Part shown: positions 1-10,664 of the stretch, in pieces
Layout of the letters: the number at the start of each line of letters is the position of its first letter
Position numbering within the stretch: the first letter of the stretch is position 1
NCBI RefSeq assembly: GCF_036916655.1
Contig: NZ_JBALFY010000011.1
Span: 36,569-100,568, forward strand
Direction: 5' to 3'
Length of the DNA: 64,000 nt
Source of the DNA: Nostoc sp.
GTDB taxonomy: Bacteria; Cyanobacteriota; Cyanobacteriia; Cyanobacteriales; Nostocaceae
Program-made: the position numbers and the translations under genes
The notes under the pieces: generated by a model
What the model was told of the DNA's origin: nothing
The model's input: only the letters and a program-made list of their open reading frames with translations
Databases searched by the model: none

Positions 1-1525
1 TATCTCGATGCACAATCATCGCCAAGGAATCCACAGGATCGCCGTTAATCATGATATCCAGCTTCACCAAAGGATTTTCACGGTAGCCGATGATGTGATA
101 TTCCATACTGGCATAACCGCGCGATCGCGATTTCATCTGGTCAAAAAAGTCAGTTACAACTTCCGCTAAAGGTAACTCATAAGTAAGGGTGGTTCGTCCT
201 TGAGTGAGATATTTCATATCTTTGAAGATGCCACGGCGATTTTGTGACAACTCCATCAAGCTGCCAACATAAGTTTCTGGCGTAATCATCTCTACTTGGA
301 CGTAGGGTTCTTCAATTCTTTCGCGATCGTTGGGAGAAGGTAAACGGCTAGGATTATCGATGTACAGTTCCTCACCTTTGAGGGTAATCACCTTATAAAC
401 CACCGATGGGGCTGTAATGATTAAATCTAGGTTATACTCTCGCTCTAGGCGTTCCTGAACGATTTCCATGTGCAGCAAACCCAAGAACCCACAACGGAAG
501 CCAAAACCCATCGCGCTGGAAGTTTCTGGTTCATAGTGCAGCGCTGCATCATTGAGTTCCAGCTTTTCCAAAGCTTCCCGCAAATCTTCAAATTGATCGG
601 CATCAATGGGGAACATCCCACAAAAAACCATCGGGTTCGCTTCTGCGTAACCTGGTAAGGGTGACTCTGCTTTCGCCTTACTTAAGGTAATTGTGTCTCC
701 TACCCGTGCATCAGCGACAGCTTTAATTGCCGCACCCAAATAGCCTACTTCGCCAGCGTGCAGTTCATCAACTTGCTTTTGAGTCGGAGAAAGGACACCC
801 AACTCATCAATTTCAAATTCTTTACCAGATGCCATTAAATGGATGCGATCGCCTTTTTTCACTGTGCCATCCATCACCCGGAAATAGACAATCACTCCCC
901 GGTAACTGTCGTAATAGCTATCAAAAATTAACGCTCGTAAGCGCTCATTTATGGTATTGGGCGGTGGCGGTATCCGTTCCACAACTGCTTCTAAAATCTC
1001 ATCAATTCCAATTCCTTCTTTAGCAGAAGCCAGAATTGCACCACTACAATCTAGACCGATAATTTCTTCAATTTCGCCAATTACCCGTTCTGGTTCAGCC
1101 CCCGGCAAATCGATTTTATTCAAAACCGGAATAATTTCCAGGTTACTCTCTAACGCTAAATATACATTCGCCAAAGTTTGTGCTTCCACACCTTGGGATG
1201 CATCTACTACCAATAGCGCTCCTTCGCAAGCAACAAGAGAGCGAGAAACTTCATACGAGAAATCCACATGCCCTGGAGTGTCAATTAAATTCAGTACATA
1301 CTGCTGGCCATCCTTAGCTGTGTAATTCATCCGGGCAGCTTGCAGCTTAATCGTAATGCCGCGCTCCCGTTCCAGATCCATGTTATCGAGAAACTGTTCC
1401 TTCATCTGTCGGTCTTCAACAGTGCCAGTAGCTTGTAGCAAGCGATCGGCGAGGGTTGATTTCCCGTGGTCGATGTGAGCAATAATACAAAAATTGCGAA
1501 TGCGAACTGCGGGAACGTCAGTCAT
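1..1525 (-). CDS. lepA: Elongation factor 4 (LepA), 3' end runs off the window
   Basis: Reverse strand from ATG at 1525 reads [31 protein letters not shown]...[20 protein letters not shown]; absent from the ORF track because it is truncated by the window edge. Confidence 0.96.
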   Translation of the reverse strand, partial: MTDVPAVRIRNFCIIAHIDHGKSTLADRLLQATGTVEDRQMKEQFLDNMDLERERGITIKLQAARMNYTAKDGQQYVLNLIDTPGHVDFSYEVSRSLVACEGALLVVDASQGVEAQTLANVYLALESNLEIIPVLNKIDLPGAEPERVIGEIEEIIGLDCSGAILASAKEGIGIDEILEAVVERIPPPPNTINERLRALIFDSYYDSYRGVIVYFRVMDGTVKKGDRIHLMASGKEFEIDELGVLSPTQKQVDELHAGEVGYLGAAIKAVADARVGDTITLSKAKAESPLPGYAEANPMVFCGMFPIDADQFEDLREALEKLELNDAALHYEPETSSAMGFGFRCGFLGLLHMEIVQERLEREYNLDLIITAPSVVYKVITLKGEELYIDNPSRLPSPNDRERIEEPYVQVEMITPETYVGSLMELSQNRRGIFKDMKYLTQGRTTLTYELPLAEVVTDFFDQMKSRSRGYASMEYHIIGYRENPLVKLDIMINGDPVDSLAMIVHRD

Positions 1526-1635
1526 ATACTATCTTTGCCTTAGCAGCAACCAAAGTTAAAAGGGCAATTTACTTAATGTATTTTAATGCTTTCTTAGCCA
1601 AGACGCTCCGCTTTTAGTGCTGAGTTAGGAGTTAC

Positions 1636-1670
1636 GTTAGCAGTAGCGGGGCGTTCAACCCGTGCTGAGT
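1636..1670 (+). repeat. Small dispersed repeat (GTTAGCAGTAGCGGGGCGTTCAACCCG) within STRR-like flanks
   Basis: Near-identical reverse-complement copy at 11238-11265 and a partial copy at 52171-52187. Confidence 0.7.
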
Positions 1671-1694
1671 GGGGCAGAGGGGAAATAACCCTTA

Positions 1695-1740
1695 ACTCAT
1701 TACTCATTACTCATTACTCAGCACTCATTACTCAGCACTC
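1695..1740. repeat. STRR 7-bp tandem repeat (ACTCATT/ACTCAGC)
   Basis: Directly visible heptamer array. Confidence 0.9.
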
Positions 1741-2127
1741 CCTTCACCCCATCTTTAACTTTCGATCTCAATAGGTGGACTTTTAAGAATATTATGAAAG
1801 TCTATTTGTCGTTGCTAGTATTCAACAGCTAGGAGCGTACAATAAATGTAAATAAGTACATGTAGGGATCGTGTAGCGATCGCGAGCAATTGCAACCTGT
1901 AATTGCTCAGAATCACTGATTGATCGGCAAAACATCTAAAGTCATTGTCTAGTCAGTTATATGAAAAATGCGATTTGAAACTTTAAGCTGTTACTTTGGT
2001 GCTATTTCAGGGAACTATTTAACTGTGCCCTTAAAGATTTCTCCGTAAATTAGCCCAAATAATGAATATAACTACTTTACAAAACTTTAGACCAAACCAA
2101 TTCAGAGAATTCAGAGTATATAAACCT

Positions 2128-2364
2128 ATGAATATGCAAGGAAAAACTACCGAAGCGGGAAACACACAAACCGATAAGGTAGAAATTGCTGTCCGCTTGG
2201 ACTCAGAGTTACTAGAGCAAATCCAGCATCTTACGAATGATCCAAGTAAGGTGATTGAAGTGGCAATTCGCCAGTGGTTGCGGGGTGAAATCCTCAGAGA
2301 TGACGAACTAACGCGCACACCTGTGCGTACTCCTGTTCCTCCTCGCGGTGAATGGAACGATTGA
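2128..2364 (+). CDS. Small ribbon-helix-helix-like protein (CcdA/CopG-like), no adjacent toxin
   Basis: KVEIAVRLDSELLEQIQHLTNDPSKVIEVAIRQWL fits the beta-alpha-alpha RHH pattern; start chosen at the internal ATG (track ORF begins at 2062). Confidence 0.65.
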   Translation: MNMQGKTTEAGNTQTDKVEIAVRLDSELLEQIQHLTNDPSKVIEVAIRQWLRGEILRDDELTRTPVRTPVPPRGEWND

Positions 2365-2536
2365 CGCCATTAGTCAACTGTCAATGCAAGTCAAAAAAGT
2401 AAAGTTTGCCAATCTGGTTTCCAGAACGCCAAAAAATACCCAATCAAACACAAAAAAGCTGTAAAAATTTATGTATAAATTTGAGCGGCTTTAGTAAAAT
2501 TACGGTCGGACACCCTTTGTCTATCCAACTCAATTA

Positions 2537-4300
2537 ATGACTATTACTGCCAATTCCCAATTGCCGAATGTATTTTCCCAAAATCTGGAATCTATTACCA
2601 GTAAGACTGACGGCTTATTACCAACTCTAGGAGCCGAGTTGATTTATACGCAAGATGGGGCAGGGCGCTATCTGACCTTTTGTTGGCAGTACAGCGAACT
2701 TCTGGGGTTAAATACTGAAAAAATAGTTGACGATCTGAACCAGACTCAAACCTTTGCCCCGGTGGATAAGGTTAGTTATTTGGAACGATTGCACCGAATT
2801 TTGACAAATTTAGTGCCAGAAAGGTTTCAGTGCTGGTTTAGCTACCACCAGGAATTATTTGAGTTGGACTTAGTGATTAGTCCAATTATGCCGAGTTTGG
2901 GAACCACTGCCACTACAGTTTTAGTGATGGGACGCTTAGTGCAAGCGACACTCAACAAAAAACAAGCGCGTGTGGCATCAAAAACGCCCACACAAATAGA
3001 GTTGGCTCTACGTTCGCAGCAACACCAAAAACTGGTAAATCGCATTACCAGAAATATTCGTCGGACATTAGATTTAAATATTATTTGGCAGCAAACAGTT
3101 GACAGTTTAGGGAAAGCACTGCGACTAGAACGCTGCATTATTTGTCCTTATCAGCCCTCAAGCTCAAAAGTGCAGGTGAAGGCTGAGTATCGCCAACCAG
3201 ACCTCAAATCAATGCTTGGCTCAGACATAGATATCGTTTCTGAGGCTGCCTTTGCTCAAGCCTTGGCAACTCTAGAACCAGTTGTGATGGAAGTGGCTGG
3301 ATATATGGGGTCTGGGCGGCAGAAAACTTTGGTGGTTGCTACTTGCTATCAAGATCAAGCGAATGGATTGATTGCCTTGAATTGGCAAGATGAATGCTAC
3401 ACATTAACAGAATCGGAATTAGAACTAGCCAAAGAAGCAGCAGATCAATTGGGAACTGCGATCGCACATGCTACTTTATATGAAGAATTAGAAATAGCGC
3501 GTCAAAAAGCCGAAGAAGCTTCCCGCCTCAAAAGTGAGTTTCTAGCCAATGTATCCCATGAAATTCGTACCCCCCTCAACGGGATGATTGGCTTTTTGAA
3601 GCTGATTTTAGAAGGTATGGCAGATGATCCAGAAGAACAAAACCAGTTTTTGACAGAAGCTCATCAATTATCGATACATCTGCTCAATATCATCAACGAC
3701 ATTTTGGACATTGCCAAAATCGAAGCTGGTAAAATGGAGCTAGCTTACGCTCCAGTCAAGCTAGATGAGCTATTCAGTCATGTAGAAGGTTTTATGCGTC
3801 CCCAAGCAGAAGCGAGAAACCTCAGTTTTCGGATGCAAATGCCTGCTACCTCTGATGAAATCATTGTCCAAAGCAACTATCAACGGTTGCTACAAGTGAT
3901 GATCAATTTAGTAGGTAATGCCATCAAATTTACCCATGAGGGTGGTGTCACCGTCAGCGCCGATTTAGTACTCAAAAAGGCGAACTTTCAAGATCAGCAA
4001 TTTCCTGGCATGGTGAGAGTACGTGTAGCAGACACCGGCATCGGTGTTTCTTTAGACAAACAAGATAAACTATTTCAATTATTCTCTCAGGTGGATGGTT
4101 CCCGCACTCGCCAGTACGGCGGCACAGGTTTAGGACTGGCAATATCCCAGAAGCTAGTAGAGGCAATGGGTGGCGAGGTACATTTTTACAGTCTGGGCGA
4201 AGGACTTGGCTCAACAGTCACATTCACCGTGCCACTATATCAACAACCAGTTATGGTTTCGTCTAATGATAGCGACTCAACAAGTGGTGCTGAATGTTGA
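2537..4300 (+). CDS. Sensor histidine kinase (PAS-like, GAF, HisKA, HATPase)
   Basis: H-box FLANVSHEIRTPLNG, N-box NLVGNAIKFT, G1 DTGIG, G2 GGTGLGL; no receiver domain. Confidence 0.9.
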   Translation: MTITANSQLPNVFSQNLESITSKTDGLLPTLGAELIYTQDGAGRYLTFCWQYSELLGLNTEKIVDDLNQTQTFAPVDKVSYLERLHRILTNLVPERFQCWFSYHQELFELDLVISPIMPSLGTTATTVLVMGRLVQATLNKKQARVASKTPTQIELALRSQQHQKLVNRITRNIRRTLDLNIIWQQTVDSLGKALRLERCIICPYQPSSSKVQVKAEYRQPDLKSMLGSDIDIVSEAAFAQALATLEPVVMEVAGYMGSGRQKTLVVATCYQDQANGLIALNWQDECYTLTESELELAKEAADQLGTAIAHATLYEELEIARQKAEEASRLKSEFLANVSHEIRTPLNGMIGFLKLILEGMADDPEEQNQFLTEAHQLSIHLLNIINDILDIAKIEAGKMELAYAPVKLDELFSHVEGFMRPQAEARNLSFRMQMPATSDEIIVQSNYQRLLQVMINLVGNAIKFTHEGGVTVSADLVLKKANFQDQQFPGMVRVRVADTGIGVSLDKQDKLFQLFSQVDGSRTRQYGGTGLGLAISQKLVEAMGGEVHFYSLGEGLGSTVTFTVPLYQQPVMVSSNDSDSTSGAEC

Positions 4301-4495
4301 GTAATGAGTAATGAGTAATGAGTAATGAGTAGAATTCCTTACTCACAACTCGGAACTGTTTTGCCCCATGCCTAGTATGGTTATTAAATAATAATTACTA
4401 AAAAACTTTAAAGTTTAAAACTCAAAACCCAGTATTACCAAGTATCCAAACTCAGCACTCATTACTCATTACTTAGCACTCATTACTCAGCACTC
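4298..4495. repeat. Inverted STRR arrays (TGAGTAA)n and (ACTCATT/ACTCAGC)n
   Basis: Arrays at 4298-4331 and 4450-4495 are reverse complements and could pair as a long hairpin after the kinase stop. Confidence 0.85.
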
Positions 4496-4844
4496 TTGAG
4501 GGGTATTGGGAAAAAACCTTCCTTGTCCTCACCTCCTGGCGTTCTCTTCAGTACTTTAAACGCTAAAGTAGAGTAGGAGGGCTTGCACTACAAATTGTTC
4601 AGCTAATCTAATATCAAATTGCTAAAATCAGCAGTGGTTGAGTCAAAAGTCATTAAAAACTGACACCTGACAATCTAGCGGCAATTAGATTTAGGAGCGA
4701 TTTAACAAAGCTGAAAAATAAAATTTTGGATAATGGTAAATGAGTAATGGCGCATTTGGTCAAGGGATCATGATTATTCAATGCCCAATGCCCAAGACCG
4801 CACTGCCTCCCCAATGCCCATCCTTAACTTAGCAGGTCTAAACT

Positions 4845-5075
4845 ATGGAACTCACAATTGACAACGTTGAAACAGTTTTAGATGAAATGCGCCCTTATCT
4901 TATGTCTGATGGCGGCAATGTAGAACTCGTAGAACTCGATGGGCCTGTTGTAAAACTGCGGCTGCAAGGTGCTTGTGGTTCTTGCCCCAGTTCTGCAATG
5001 ACCCTAAGAATGGGTATTGAGCGCCGTCTTAAGGAAATGATTCCCGAAATTGCAGAAATTGAGCAAGTAGTCTAG
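4845..5075 (+). CDS. NifU/NfuA-type Fe-S cluster scaffold (Nfu domain)
   Basis: [14 protein letters not shown]...[11 protein letters not shown] CxxC motif, 76 aa. Confidence 0.92.
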   Translation: MELTIDNVETVLDEMRPYLMSDGGNVELVELDGPVVKLRLQGACGSCPSSAMTLRMGIERRLKEMIPEIAEIEQVV

Positions 5076-5213
5076 GGATTGGGGAAGGTGGGGCCCCCTC
5101 TGGGGTAATGGGGACTGGGGATTGGGGAAGAATGGATTTTTTCATTCATAATTTATCATTAATACCTAATCCCTAATTTGTAATCCCCAATCCCTAACTC
5201 CTAATCACTTGCT

Positions 5214-7448
5214 ATGTCCCATCCTCTCTACATTGCTTTTATCTGGCATCAACATCAACCGCTGTACAAATCTCCTGGCAGCGGTGTTTCGCTATCTCAG
5301 AGTCAGCAGTACCGTCTACCGTGGGTACGTTTGCATGGCACTAAAGATTATTTGGATTTGGTATTGCTGTTAGAGCGATATCCTAAGTTACACCAAACGG
5401 TGAATTTAGTTCCATCGTTGATATTGCAACTCGAAGATTATATTGCTGGCACTGCTTTTGACCCTTACCTCACAGCCAGTTTGACACCGGATGAGCAACT
5501 TACCTACCAACAGCGGGAATTCATCATCCAACACTTTTTCGATGCCAATCACCATACGCTGATTGACCCTCATCCCCGCTATGCCGAGTTGTACCAGCAA
5601 AGGCAGGAAAAAGGGCAAGCTTGGTGTTTAGCAAATTGGGAATTGCCAGATTATGGCGATTTGCTAGCTTGGCACAATTTGGCTTGGATCGATCCTCTGT
5701 TTTGGGATGACCCAGAAATTGCTGCTTGGTTAAAACAGGGATGGAATTTTACTTTAAGCGATCGCCAGCGCATTTATTCCAAACAGCGAGAAATTCTCAG
5801 TCGGATTATCCCCCAACATCGGAAAATGCAGGAGGCGGGGCAGCTAGAAGTTACTACCACGCCTTACACTCACCCGATTTTACCCTTGCTAGCTGATACT
5901 AACTCCGGTCGGGTAGCTGTGCCCAATATGACACTACCAAAGCAACGTTTTGAGTGGGCAGAAGATATTCCCCGCCACTTGCGAAAAGCTTGGGACTTAT
6001 ATAAAGAGCGCTTTGGACAGATACCTCGTGGTTTGTGGCCTTCGGAACAATCAGTAAGTCCGGCGGTTCTTCCACATATTATTAACCAAGGTTTTAAGTG
6101 GATATGCTCAGATGAAGCTGTCTTAGGGTGGACGCTGAAACACCTTTTTCATCGGGATGGGGCGGGGAATGTGGAGCAACCAGAATTGTTGTATCGACCC
6201 TATCGCCTACAAACCGCCGAGGGTGACTTGTCAATTGTGTTTCGCGACCACAGATTATCAGACTTGATTGGTTTTACTTATGGTGCAATGCCTGCAAAAC
6301 AGGCAGCCGCGGATTTAGTGGGACATTTGCAAGCGATCGCTAAAATGCAAAGAGATAGTCAAAGCGAACAACCTTGGTTAGTTACCATCGCCTTAGATGG
6401 GGAGAATTGCTGGGAATTTTATCCCCAAGATGGCAAACCCTTTCTAGAAGCTTTATATCAAAGCTTGAGCGATGAACCCCACCTCAAACTCGTCACTGTC
6501 TCCGAATTCCTCGAAGAATTTCCAGCTACAGCCACCATCCCCGGAGGACAACTACATAGCGGTTCTTGGGTAGATGGCAGCTTCACAACTTGGATCGGCG
6601 ATCCCGCCAAAAATCGTGCTTGGGATTATTTAACAGAAGCAAGAAAACTGCTGGCAAGTCATCCCGAAGCGACGGAAGAAAACAACCCGGAAGCGTGGGA
6701 AGCATTGTATGCCGCCGAGGGTTCCGACTGGTTCTGGTGGTTTGGTGCAGGACACTCGTCAAATCAGGATGCCATCTTTGATCGGTTGTTTCGAGAACAT
6801 CTGTTTGGTATTTACAAAGCATTGAATGAACCTGTACCACCCTATCTTAAGCAACCAGTGGAAAACCACGAAGCACAGGGAAACCAGACACCACAAGGAT
6901 TTATTCATCCCGTCATTGATGGTAAGGGTGATGAGCAAGATTGGGATAAAGCTGGGCGTATAGAAATCGGCGGGGCGCGGGGGACAATGCACAATAGCAG
7001 CGTCATCCAGCGACTTTGGTATGGAGTCGATCACTTAAATTTTTATTTGCGACTGGACTTTAAAGGTGGCGTTGCACCAGGACAAGATTTGCCAGCAGAG
7101 TTAAATTTGCTGTGGTTCTATCCAGAAAAAACAATGGTCAATAGCCCAATTCCCTTGGCAGATGTACCAGATGCAGCCCCACTTAATTACCATTTCCACC
7201 ATCTTCTGGAAGTTAACTTGCTGACGCAATCGATTCAGTTTCGGGAAGCTGGAGACAATTATCAATGGCAGCCCCGTTTTAGTCGCGCTCAAGTAGCTTT
7301 AAATAATTGTTTAGAGTTGGCGGTGCCGTGGGCAGATTTGCAAGTGCCGCCAGATTATCCTCTGCGCCTGATTTTAGTGCTTGCTGATGAAGGGCGTTTT
7401 TCCAACTACTTGCCAGAAAATGCTTTGATTCACATTGAGGTGCCTTAG
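5214..7448 (+). CDS. Glycoside hydrolase family 57 (amylopullanulase/alpha-amylase type)
   Basis: GH57 motifs WHQHQP, GLWPSEQSVS, IALDGENCWE, AEGSDWFWW. Confidence 0.9.
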   Translation: MSHPLYIAFIWHQHQPLYKSPGSGVSLSQSQQYRLPWVRLHGTKDYLDLVLLLERYPKLHQTVNLVPSLILQLEDYIAGTAFDPYLTASLTPDEQLTYQQREFIIQHFFDANHHTLIDPHPRYAELYQQRQEKGQAWCLANWELPDYGDLLAWHNLAWIDPLFWDDPEIAAWLKQGWNFTLSDRQRIYSKQREILSRIIPQHRKMQEAGQLEVTTTPYTHPILPLLADTNSGRVAVPNMTLPKQRFEWAEDIPRHLRKAWDLYKERFGQIPRGLWPSEQSVSPAVLPHIINQGFKWICSDEAVLGWTLKHLFHRDGAGNVEQPELLYRPYRLQTAEGDLSIVFRDHRLSDLIGFTYGAMPAKQAAADLVGHLQAIAKMQRDSQSEQPWLVTIALDGENCWEFYPQDGKPFLEALYQSLSDEPHLKLVTVSEFLEEFPATATIPGGQLHSGSWVDGSFTTWIGDPAKNRAWDYLTEARKLLASHPEATEENNPEAWEALYAAEGSDWFWWFGAGHSSNQDAIFDRLFREHLFGIYKALNEPVPPYLKQPVENHEAQGNQTPQGFIHPVIDGKGDEQDWDKAGRIEIGGARGTMHNSSVIQRLWYGVDHLNFYLRLDFKGGVAPGQDLPAELNLLWFYPEKTMVNSPIPLADVPDAAPLNYHFHHLLEVNLLTQSIQFREAGDNYQWQPRFSRAQVALNNCLELAVPWADLQVPPDYPLRLILVLADEGRFSNYLPENALIHIEVP

Positions 7449-7591
7449 AACTCAATACCCTTGGTTTTACGAAATACCTTTTAGGGGCATACAGATGTAT
7501 ACCCCTAAAGTTGATTTATTTGGAAATCATATTTAATTTTTCTAGTTCTATATCTAAATAATCGAGCAGTATTGGGATGCGATCGCCTACG

Positions 7592-7702
7592 CCCAGATTT
7601 CTCACGCATAGTGTAGGCCTCAGGGGAAGAGGAGTGTGGGGAGTAAGACTTCTTCCCCATCCTCCCACACCCCTTGGATTTCTCACCTGTGAGAAATCCA
7701 GG
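7592..7702. mobile_element. MITE family A, copy 1 (111 bp, 14-bp terminal inverted repeats, 5-bp flanking duplication CTACG)
   Basis: Ends CCCAGATTTCTCAC / GTGAGAAATCCAGG; CTACG at 7587-7591 and 7703-7707; second copy at 17117-17236. Confidence 0.8.
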
Positions 7703-7778
7703 CTACGGTGGGGTAAAACGTCATCCTTGGTGGAAGATAAGCAATAATCGAGTAACATCCAGATTCAGGAGTTGGTGC

Positions 7779-8405
7779 ATGACCGATAACGCAGATAGTA
7801 CAGCGAATAGACACTTCAGTTCAGGTACTAAAAAAATCAAAGACAAAGCTTCTCGAAATCAAGTGATCACGGCTCCATTACCAGACCCGATTGCAAAAAA
7901 TATTGAAGCGATTATTTCACTTCATAACCAGGAAGTTCGAGATATTCCCGTCCACCAGCGGATACTAGAAGCGATCGCAACATTCTTTGGGCGATCGATA
8001 TTTATGTATAGTTTGCTAATCATACTGGCCATCTGGATTTTTAGCAGTTTTTTTGATCGCTTTTTGCCATTCAATCTCCCCTCCTTTAGCTGGTCAGGTC
8101 AAGGCTTAGACGCAGCGTCATTGGTAATCTCAACCGGAGTACTGGTACGACAAACTCGCCAGGAAAACTTTGCCGAACAACGGGCGCAATTGATGCTACA
8201 GCTTAACCTGCTCTCCGAGCAAAAAATTGCCAAGATTATTGCTCTATTAGAAGAACTCCGTACCGATTTACCTGATGTGATAAATCGGCTTGATTCGGAA
8301 GCGAAATCGATGCAGGAACCGGCTGACCCGATCGCAGTATTGGAAGCACTCCAGAAAAACCTGGCTGAAGAACTCTCACCCACAGAAGAAAACAATATGA
8401 GTTGA
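7779..8405 (+). CDS. DUF1003-type membrane protein
   Basis: Two hydrophobic segments, then EQRAQLMLQLNLLSEQKIAKII; the track's 7674 start lies inside the MITE, so ATG 7779 is preferred. Confidence 0.75.
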   Translation: MTDNADSTANRHFSSGTKKIKDKASRNQVITAPLPDPIAKNIEAIISLHNQEVRDIPVHQRILEAIATFFGRSIFMYSLLIILAIWIFSSFFDRFLPFNLPSFSWSGQGLDAASLVISTGVLVRQTRQENFAEQRAQLMLQLNLLSEQKIAKIIALLEELRTDLPDVINRLDSEAKSMQEPADPIAVLEALQKNLAEELSPTEENNMS

Positions 8406-8518
8406 GCGCAGTTTTTTAGTAGATTTTTGTTTCTATTAAAAGACAAAAAATAAAACTTAATGTACAGTCATTGTGTCGCAAATCACAATTTATCGTAAAT
8501 TTTATTAGAGGGATAGAT

Positions 8519-9997
8519 ATGGCTCAACTGAATGGTGTAATGATGCAGTACTTCCATTGGTATATCCCTCCAGATGGCAATCTTTGGAATGAATTTAAAG
8601 ATAAAGTCAAAGAGTTAGCTGATGCAGGTGTTACATCTGTTTGGCTACCCCCAGCTTACAAAGGAACAGGGGGTGGCTACGATGTCGGCTATGGAGTCTA
8701 TGATATATACGATCTAGGCGAGTTTGACCAGAAAGGCTCGGTTCGGACAAAGTACGGCACAAAAGACGAGTATATCGCTGCTGTTAAAGCGGCTAAAGCT
8801 GCTGGCATTCGAGTATATGCTGATGTTGTGCTTAACCACAAGTTAGGTGCAGACAAAGAAGAAGAAGTGGAAGCAACGCCCTATAGTCCAGACGATCGCA
8901 CCCAGCCCATCGGTGAGATGCAAACAATTAAAGTGTGGACTCACTTTACCTTTCCAGGTCGCCAAGGCAAATACTCCGATCTGGAATGGCACTGGTGGCA
9001 CTTCGATGCGGTTGATTACAACGTTTACAACGAAGGTGAGAACGCAATTTATCTATTCAAAGATAAAAAATTTGATGATAACGTTGACCTGGAAAAAGGC
9101 GCTTTCGACTATCTCATGGGATGCGATCTGGATATGGAAAGTCCAGAAGTGCGCGAGGAGTTGAATCGCTGGGGTGAGTGGTTTGTAGAAACCACTGATG
9201 TAGATGGCTTTCGTTTTGATGCGGTTAAACACGTCAGAGCAGGCTTTTTCCCAGAATGGCTGCAACACTGTCGCCAAAAGGCTGGTCGCGATCTTTTTGC
9301 CGTCGGTGAATATTGGTCTTATGAAGTTGAAGCGCTGCACCATTTCATTAGCATCACCGGTGGCGATGTGTTGCTGTTTGATGCGCCATTGCACTATAAC
9401 TTTAGCGCTGCCAGCAAACAAGGCAATGACTACGATCTGCGGCAGATATTTGATAACACCTTGGTGCAACAGCAACCTGCTTTAGCCGTCACCTTAGTAG
9501 AGAATCATGATTCTCAACCCTTGCAGTCGTTGGAGTCTGTAGTAGAAAGCTGGTTTAAACCGTTAGCTTATGCGTTGATTCTACTGCGAAGTGATGGTTA
9601 TCCCTGTATCTTCTATGCGGATTACTATGGTGCTAATTACAAGGATACGGGCAGCGATGGCAATGAGCATGAGATTTGGCTCGATAGTCACAAATGGCTA
9701 ATTGATAAATTTTTGCACGTTCGTCAAACCTATGCCTATGGCGACCAATACGATTATTTCGATCACGCCAATACAATCGGCTGGACACGCTTAGGAGATG
9801 AAGAACATCCTGGCGGTATCGCGGTTGTTCTGAGTAATGGAGGAGAAGGAACTAAGTGGATGGAAGTTGGGCAACCCAACACCACTTACATTGATATTAC
9901 TGAACATATCAGCGAACCTGTGACAACGAATGATGAGGGCTGGGCTGATTTTCGATGCGATGCTGGTTCTGTTTCTGTGTGGGTTCCACAGTCTTAG
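8519..9997 (+). CDS. amyA: Alpha-amylase (GH13, Bacillus liquefying/AmyA type)
   Basis: MMQYFHWY, GFRFDAVKH, VGEYWS, VENHDSQP catalytic motifs; AGAGGGA ribosome-binding site before ATG 8519. Confidence 0.92.
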   Translation: MAQLNGVMMQYFHWYIPPDGNLWNEFKDKVKELADAGVTSVWLPPAYKGTGGGYDVGYGVYDIYDLGEFDQKGSVRTKYGTKDEYIAAVKAAKAAGIRVYADVVLNHKLGADKEEEVEATPYSPDDRTQPIGEMQTIKVWTHFTFPGRQGKYSDLEWHWWHFDAVDYNVYNEGENAIYLFKDKKFDDNVDLEKGAFDYLMGCDLDMESPEVREELNRWGEWFVETTDVDGFRFDAVKHVRAGFFPEWLQHCRQKAGRDLFAVGEYWSYEVEALHHFISITGGDVLLFDAPLHYNFSAASKQGNDYDLRQIFDNTLVQQQPALAVTLVENHDSQPLQSLESVVESWFKPLAYALILLRSDGYPCIFYADYYGANYKDTGSDGNEHEIWLDSHKWLIDKFLHVRQTYAYGDQYDYFDHANTIGWTRLGDEEHPGGIAVVLSNGGEGTKWMEVGQPNTTYIDITEHISEPVTTNDEGWADFRCDAGSVSVWVPQS

Positions 9998-10087
9998 TCG
10001 AGGTTTTAGTTGCATTCGCGCAGAAAGTTACGCACTGGACAAAATACTGCTTAAGGGACTTCCAAATAAAAAAATATCCAATAACTC

Positions 10088-10444
10088 TTGTGGGGTGGGC
10101 GTCTCGCCCGCCCAGTTCATAGGACGTTCATGTTCCCATACGTGTCAACTTAACGCGAAACCGCTTGTCCGCCGGAAATTGAAATTCCCGTATAATAGCT
10201 AAAGTCATCTGAAGATAACTAAATATCGCCAAAAATCTCCAGTCTACTTCAGTAGACTTAAGCTATTAGCCCGAAAATTTATTTTTGAAGTAATAAGTAA
10301 TAAGTAATGAGTAATGGGTATCACTTATTACTTATTACTTATTACTCATTACTCATTTATTTATTTCCGGGCGGGCATGGAAGCCAACAGATAAGCTATT
10401 TCCAGCTTAAGTTGACACCAATGCTCATGTTGCCCACCCCACAA
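10088..10444. repeat. REP-like palindromic element (TTGTGGGGTGGGC...GCCCACCCCACAA) interrupted by a MITE
   Basis: 13-bp inverted arms at 10088-10100 and 10432-10444 flank the family B MITE. Confidence 0.65.
10137..10423. mobile_element. MITE family B, copy 1 (IS4/IS231-like ends)
   Basis: Ends CATACGTGTCAACTTAA / TTAAGTTGACACCAATG; nearly the same sequence inverted at 37103-37383; degenerate 10-bp flanking duplication TTCATGTTCC / CTCATGTTGC. Confidence 0.8.
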
Positions 10445-10664
10445 TATTGGATATTCTATTTCTTGGAGTTCCCTAAAAGAGAAATTAAGCAGTATTTTGT
10501 GGATAAGCCACAACCCTTATTATTCCGTTATAAAGCAATTGAACATTGCCTAAAAAGATTCAATTTAGGCAATGTTTAGTTTAAATTTCATATATGCTTC
10601 TTACTGAACCTGACTATTTGTAGAACTATGGTTCAAACTATATATTTAGAATTAGGTCTGAAAA

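Noticed and set aside
470-1325. Plus-strand ORFs of 62, 98 and 124 aa
   Set aside because: Antisense shadows of lepA on the minus strand
2128-2364. Possible toxin-antitoxin system (CcdA-like protein)
   Set aside because: No toxin-like ORF adjacent; neighbours are lepA and a histidine kinase
7516-7778. 80-aa minus ORF and the N-terminal extension of the 7674 ORF
   Set aside because: Both are read through MITE A; the same LCVRN peptide appears in the 16909 ORF for the same reason
10307-10579. 90-aa ORF with LLITYYSLLI pattern
   Set aside because: Translation of STRR repeats and the MITE end
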